Shown here in pieces: positions 28,555 to 32,000 of a stretch of DNA of 32,000 nt. The first letter of the stretch is position 1; each line of letters opens with the position of its first letter. Position numbers and translations under genes: made by a program. Source of the stretch: Bacteroidales bacterium (GTDB lineage Bacteria > Bacteroidota > Bacteroidia > Bacteroidales > UBA932); NCBI GenBank assembly GCA_017469745.1, contig JAFUFS010000051.1, positions 15,222-47,221 on the forward strand, read 5' to 3'. The notes under the pieces were generated by a model. It worked only from the letters and a program-made list of their open reading frames with translations, was not told where the DNA came from and did no database searches.

Positions 28555-28689
28555 ATGAAAAAGAAACTAATGTATGAAGTTCCCGACGCGGAACTGATCG
28601 AGCTGAAAGCTCAAGGAGTCTTTATGGCCTCAGTAGAAGGCGAGTCTATTCAATCACTCGAGTATGACTCTGATGAGTTGAATTGTTAA
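28555..28689 (+). CDS. Unannotated 44-aa ORF (below the ORF-track size cut-off): MKKKLMYEVPDAELIELKAQGVFMASVEGESIQSLEYDSDELNC
   Basis: It runs from ATG 28555 to TAA 28687-28689, 14 nt upstream of the lipoprotein ATG 28704 on the same strand. Its composition matches the AT-rich island. It contains a leader-like Y-x-x-P-x-x-E-L-I-E-L motif. There is no independent evidence that it is translated. Confidence 0.3.
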   Translation: MKKKLMYEVPDAELIELKAQGVFMASVEGESIQSLEYDSDELNC

Positions 28690-28703
28690 TTATGTGTAGA
28701 CTT

Positions 28704-30782
28704 ATGAAAAAGAATTTATTCTTCATAGCTAGCACCATCTTTATGGTTCTTGCTGTTACTAATTGTTCTAAAGAGATTATTGATCCTTCAAATGATAATG
28801 ACATTCAAAAGGGATCTTCTTTTGAGCTTATTGCCACACCAGTTGAGACAAGAACAGAGAATGATGGCATGAACACTAAATGGGTCAGCGGTGACGCGAT
28901 AAATGTGTTCCATGCTGAAGAAGAAACTACTAACTATGTTAGTGATGGCGAATTTATAATCACAGATGTTTCTACCAATCGATTCCAAGGAACTGTTTCT
29001 GAAACTCTTGAAGCTGACAAGAAGTATGATTGGTATATGTTCTATCCTTATAGCTCCCATATTACTACTCCCGCTAATACGAACGCTGGTTATACTGTTG
29101 TTGGTAGTAGGAATAATGGAAATCAGACGCAGGCTGGTAATAATAACAAGGCCCATATTGCGGGCCCCAATTATCCACTTATTGGAGTACTTCCCTCTGT
29201 TGCAAGTACGGAGGTTCCTAAAGTGAGCGTGAATCAGGTGTGTTCCTTCATAGAGTTTAATGTTAAGAATACTTCGAGTGAGGACCTTGTCGTTAAAAGT
29301 ATTGTCTTTACAGCCACGGAAGACATTGTTGGAACGTATTATATAAATTTCATCGATCCTGAGAATGTAGTGTTCACTCCCAGTACCAATGATGATGGAA
29401 CGTATACTTATGCCTCTGAGAAGGCGGTCCTGAATGTTACTGATGGAGAGACAATTGCTAATGGTAATAGCGCAGCCTTTTATATTGGAATAAAGCCTTT
29501 CAGTGTTTCTTCCGGAACGTTGAAGGTTGCTGTCAATGGGTATGAGAAGGAAATAAATATCACCAAGAGTACCTCATTCTCCGCAGGAAAAATCAAGAAG
29601 ATAAACTTCGATTATAACAAGGAGGCGGAAGTATTACCTGTTTATGACAATACTTCGGCAGACTATTCGACTGGCTTCGAGGATGGCTTTACTGCCGGAA
29701 CAGCTTACAACAATACGCTTGAGAAGCTTGATGGTCCAGAGAATGAGCAGTGGGCATCATACTACGGAACCGTTTCCACGAGTTCAAAACTCAATGGTAA
29801 TAATTCAATGCAAATGCGTTGGTATACTTCAGCTGCTAAAAATCTTGGATATGCCCGTACAAACTTTAAAGTTGCTAAAGTTGGTTCTGTCTCTTTCTCA
29901 GCGGCCGCCACTAACAATTTGAATCTTTCTCTGTTCTACATGACTGAAAAAGATGAAGATTGGGTTCTAGCTCAAACGTTTACCCTGACATCGACATCGA
30001 AGCAGTATAGTTATGAGTTCTCTTCTCCTATTGAGAATGCCCAGTTGAAATTCCAGATTGCTCTTCCTGCGACAAATCCTTCAAGCAATTCGAATGTGCG
30101 AATAGATGATGTTGTCGTTTCTAAGGATGTACCTGTTGTGGAACTGGCTTCCATCGCCATTACTAAGAATCCCACCAAGACTACGTATACCCTAGGTGAA
30201 GAATTTGTTTTTGACGGAGAGGTAACTGCTACCTATTCCGATGGGTCTACAGTCGTTGTTACTGATGATATTGAATCTGACGGCGCAACAGTAGTAGCTA
30301 CTGTGGGTGTAGATAAGACCGTTACTATCTCTTACACTGACGGTGAAATTACTAAGACTTCTACGTATGAGATTACTGTAAACGACCCTGATGCTTCTTA
30401 TATAGAGGTTCCTTCTCAGACGATCACCTTCTCTGAACTTGGGTATGACAATGGTGCCGAGGTAAGCCAGGTTGATGGGACCAACTGTGGCATAAACTTC
30501 AATAAGGGAACAAATTCTAATACGCCGAAGTATTATACCTCAGGTAATGCAGTTCGTGCATATGGTGGAAACTTCTTTATTGTTACAGTTGAAGAGGGTT
30601 ATCAGATCAGTTCCATAGAGCTGACCTTTGGCTCTAGCGATGGCTCAAATGCTATTACCACGGATAAGGGAACATATTCCGATGGTAAATGGACTGGTTC
30701 CGTTCAGAATGGAGGTTCAGTTACCTTCACTATCGGAGGAACCACTGGAAATAGGAGAATCAGTTCTATTAAGATTAACTGA
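28704..30782 (+). CDS. Large surface lipoprotein: fimbrillin-like N-terminal region, beta-sandwich (choice-of-anchor/CBM-like) domain, bacterial Ig-like domain, unknown C-terminal domain
   Basis: ATG 28704 gives the lipobox MKKNLFFIASTIFMVLAVTNC (the track start TTG 28683 is less likely). The Ig-like segment is LASIAITKNPTKTTYTLGEEFVFDGEVTATYSDGSTVVVTDD...TVTISYTDGEITKTSTYEITV. It ends at TGA 30780-30782, which is in frame with the next ORF. Confidence 0.7.
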   Translation: MKKNLFFIASTIFMVLAVTNCSKEIIDPSNDNDIQKGSSFELIATPVETRTENDGMNTKWVSGDAINVFHAEEETTNYVSDGEFIITDVSTNRFQGTVSETLEADKKYDWYMFYPYSSHITTPANTNAGYTVVGSRNNGNQTQAGNNNKAHIAGPNYPLIGVLPSVASTEVPKVSVNQVCSFIEFNVKNTSSEDLVVKSIVFTATEDIVGTYYINFIDPENVVFTPSTNDDGTYTYASEKAVLNVTDGETIANGNSAAFYIGIKPFSVSSGTLKVAVNGYEKEINITKSTSFSAGKIKKINFDYNKEAEVLPVYDNTSADYSTGFEDGFTAGTAYNNTLEKLDGPENEQWASYYGTVSTSSKLNGNNSMQMRWYTSAAKNLGYARTNFKVAKVGSVSFSAAATNNLNLSLFYMTEKDEDWVLAQTFTLTSTSKQYSYEFSSPIENAQLKFQIALPATNPSSNSNVRIDDVVVSKDVPVVELASIAITKNPTKTTYTLGEEFVFDGEVTATYSDGSTVVVTDDIESDGATVVATVGVDKTVTISYTDGEITKTSTYEITVNDPDASYIEVPSQTITFSELGYDNGAEVSQVDGTNCGINFNKGTNSNTPKYYTSGNAVRAYGGNFFIVTVEEGYQISSIELTFGSSDGSNAITTDKGTYSDGKWTGSVQNGGSVTFTIGGTTGNRRISSIKIN

Positions 30783-30789
30783 AGCGGAT

Positions 30790-30808
30790 CCGGAGGCGGA
30801 ACCTCCGG
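30790..30808 (+). other. GC-rich RNA hairpin 7 nt downstream of the in-frame TGA
   Basis: CCGGAGG (30790-30796) pairs with CCTCCGG (30802-30808) across the loop CGGAA. This is 7 consecutive Watson-Crick pairs, 6 of them G:C, inside otherwise AT-rich DNA. Confidence 0.55.
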
Positions 30809-30854
30809 GGGCCAGACGGCTACAGCAATAGTAACTACTGGTGATGCTACGGAC

Positions 30855-32000
30855 GTGAGTTCGTCAGGGGCAACCCTGACCGCTTCTTTCTCGGGAGTTT
30901 CAACCGTCAATAAGCCAACAGACGTCTTATTCAAATACGGAACCTCTTCAGACAATTTGAATCAGACAATCGGTGCGATTGAGTCGATTAATTCGGGAAG
31001 CGGTGATTTTACTGCTATCTTGACTGAACTCAGTAGTGGCACGGCTTATTATTTCCAGGCCTACATGACGGTCTGGGATGAGGAGGCCAACGAGTACAAG
31101 ACGATTTCCGGTGACGTAATTAAGTTCGAAACAAACCCGAAAGGCGAGACTGGAGTCCAGCGTGGCTATTATGAGTTGCCATCTATGAGCACTGTAAAGA
31201 ATGGTGAGTATCTTGTAAGCTCCACAGATCCTAATACCTACTTTGCCTATCACATGTGCGCCGGCGGAGAAACATATTCATTCAACGGCAAACTGATTAC
31301 GGCACGTAATTACACGGTTTGTTTCAGTGGCGAAGACCATGTTGCATATTGGGTAGCGGCTCCTAGACATACCATGTATAATGGGAACAACAGGACAGAT
31401 AATTACAAAGCTGACCCGGACATCCCAAGTGATGTGCAATATCAGGCTGATAAGATAGGAGATGGTTGCAACAGAGGCCATATCTTAGGATCTGCTGAAC
31501 GAGGTGTCTCCAGTGCTACGAATAATCAGGTTTTCTATTTCAGCAATATAGCTCCGCAATTGCAGTCTGGTTTCAATACAGGCGGAGGTGGGTGGAATGA
31601 ACTTGAGGATTGGGTAGACGGTCAAGTATGTGCTGATACGCTCTATCAGGTTGTCGGTTGCTATTTCAAAGACTATACTGATGGCTATAAAAACAGCGTC
31701 AAGGCCAAGAAAATCAGCTACGGTGGCAGAACCGATGTCAGTTTCCCGACCATGTTCTACTACGTGCTGATCCGTACTAAAAAAGGTAATTCTGGCAAGG
31801 CGTTGAAGGATTGTTCAGCTGATGAACTCAAGTGTGCAGCTTTCGTCCGTTCGCACACCAATAACCTTAAGGGGCAGAAAGTTACTTCTGCAGAGATGAT
31901 GAGTGTGGCTGACCTAGAGAAAATAACGGGTTTCACCTATTTCGTCAATGTCCCTAATGCGCCAAAGAACACGGTCAATGCTTCCGATTGGGGACTGTAA
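30855..32000 (+). CDS. DNA/RNA non-specific endonuclease (Serratia NucA / Endonuclease_NS family, beta-beta-alpha-Me) preceded by an Fn3/Ig-like domain; probably continuous with the upstream lipoprotein frame
   Basis: The active-site region is GCNRGHILGSAER (RGH motif), followed by FYFSNIAPQ and GGGWNELEDW. The stop TAA is at 31998-32000, the window end. The only available start is GTG 30855. There is no signal peptide, and the frame is open back to the TGA at 30780-30782, so the true 5' limit may be 28704. Confidence 0.8.
   Translation: MSSSGATLTASFSGVSTVNKPTDVLFKYGTSSDNLNQTIGAIESINSGSGDFTAILTELSSGTAYYFQAYMTVWDEEANEYKTISGDVIKFETNPKGETGVQRGYYELPSMSTVKNGEYLVSSTDPNTYFAYHMCAGGETYSFNGKLITARNYTVCFSGEDHVAYWVAAPRHTMYNGNNRTDNYKADPDIPSDVQYQADKIGDGCNRGHILGSAERGVSSATNNQVFYFSNIAPQLQSGFNTGGGGWNELEDWVDGQVCADTLYQVVGCYFKDYTDGYKNSVKAKKISYGGRTDVSFPTMFYYVLIRTKKGNSGKALKDCSADELKCAAFVRSHTNNLKGQKVTSAEMMSVADLEKITGFTYFVNVPNAPKNTVNASDWGL

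Noticed and set aside
30780-30782. Selenocysteine insertion at the in-frame TGA
   Set aside because: The codon sits in a Gly/Ser linker between domains, where a redox-active Sec has no rationale. The downstream hairpin is short and does not obviously resemble the extended bacterial SECIS stem-loop, and no sel genes are visible in the window. Readthrough or a nonsense mutation are more plausible. A genome-wide check for selA/selB/selC would settle it.
30783-30815. GGATCC (BamHI) site within a GSGGGTSGG-type flexible linker, as a sign of an engineered construct
   Set aside because: The flanking domains, codon usage and the genomic context (PUL, transporters) look entirely natural. Gly/Ser-rich interdomain linkers are common in Bacteroidetes surface proteins, and a single 6-bp site is expected by chance.

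Overview
This window reads as a chromosomal segment of a fairly GC-rich Bacteroidales-type genome. Supporting signs are a SusC/SusD pair, lipoprotein-type signal peptides ending in Cys, and TAnnTTTG-like -7 boxes. All calls come from reading the translations and DNA by eye; no database or HMM search was run.

Layout:
- 1-10.7 kb: transport and housekeeping genes. These are a nitroreductase fragment, a frameshifted P1B heavy-metal ATPase, an SDR, a DUF4890/Spy-like periplasmic protein, an Fe-S aldo/keto reductase, a DAACS symporter, an NhaC antiporter, a DUF3298-like lipoprotein and a CPA2 antiporter with RCK_C domains.
- 10.8-23.0 kb: one tightly packed minus-strand PUL-like operon. The order is TPR/LuxR membrane regulator, SusC, SusD, a split LysO/DUF340 transporter pair, GH2 beta-galactosidase, then a GH63-like hydrolase.
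- 23.0-26.4 kb: a translationally coupled four-gene operon of an HPr-kinase-like P-loop protein, an S24/S26 peptidase, a PqqD-like RRE protein and an ABC exporter. It follows lasso/RiPP logic but has no cyclase and no obvious precursor gene. I consider it the best candidate for an undescribed system.
- 26.6-28.2 kb: a beta-carbonic anhydrase and a decayed Rpn/PD-(D/E)XK transposase-like gene.
- About 28.2 kb to the window end: a sharp shift to AT-rich DNA. It carries an unannotated 44-aa ORF with a lasso-leader-like YxxPxxE-hydrophobic motif and a 692-aa surface lipoprotein. A Serratia-type DNA/RNA endonuclease follows in the same frame, separated only by one TGA that is followed by a GC-rich hairpin.

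I saw no rRNA, tRNA or CRISPR array.
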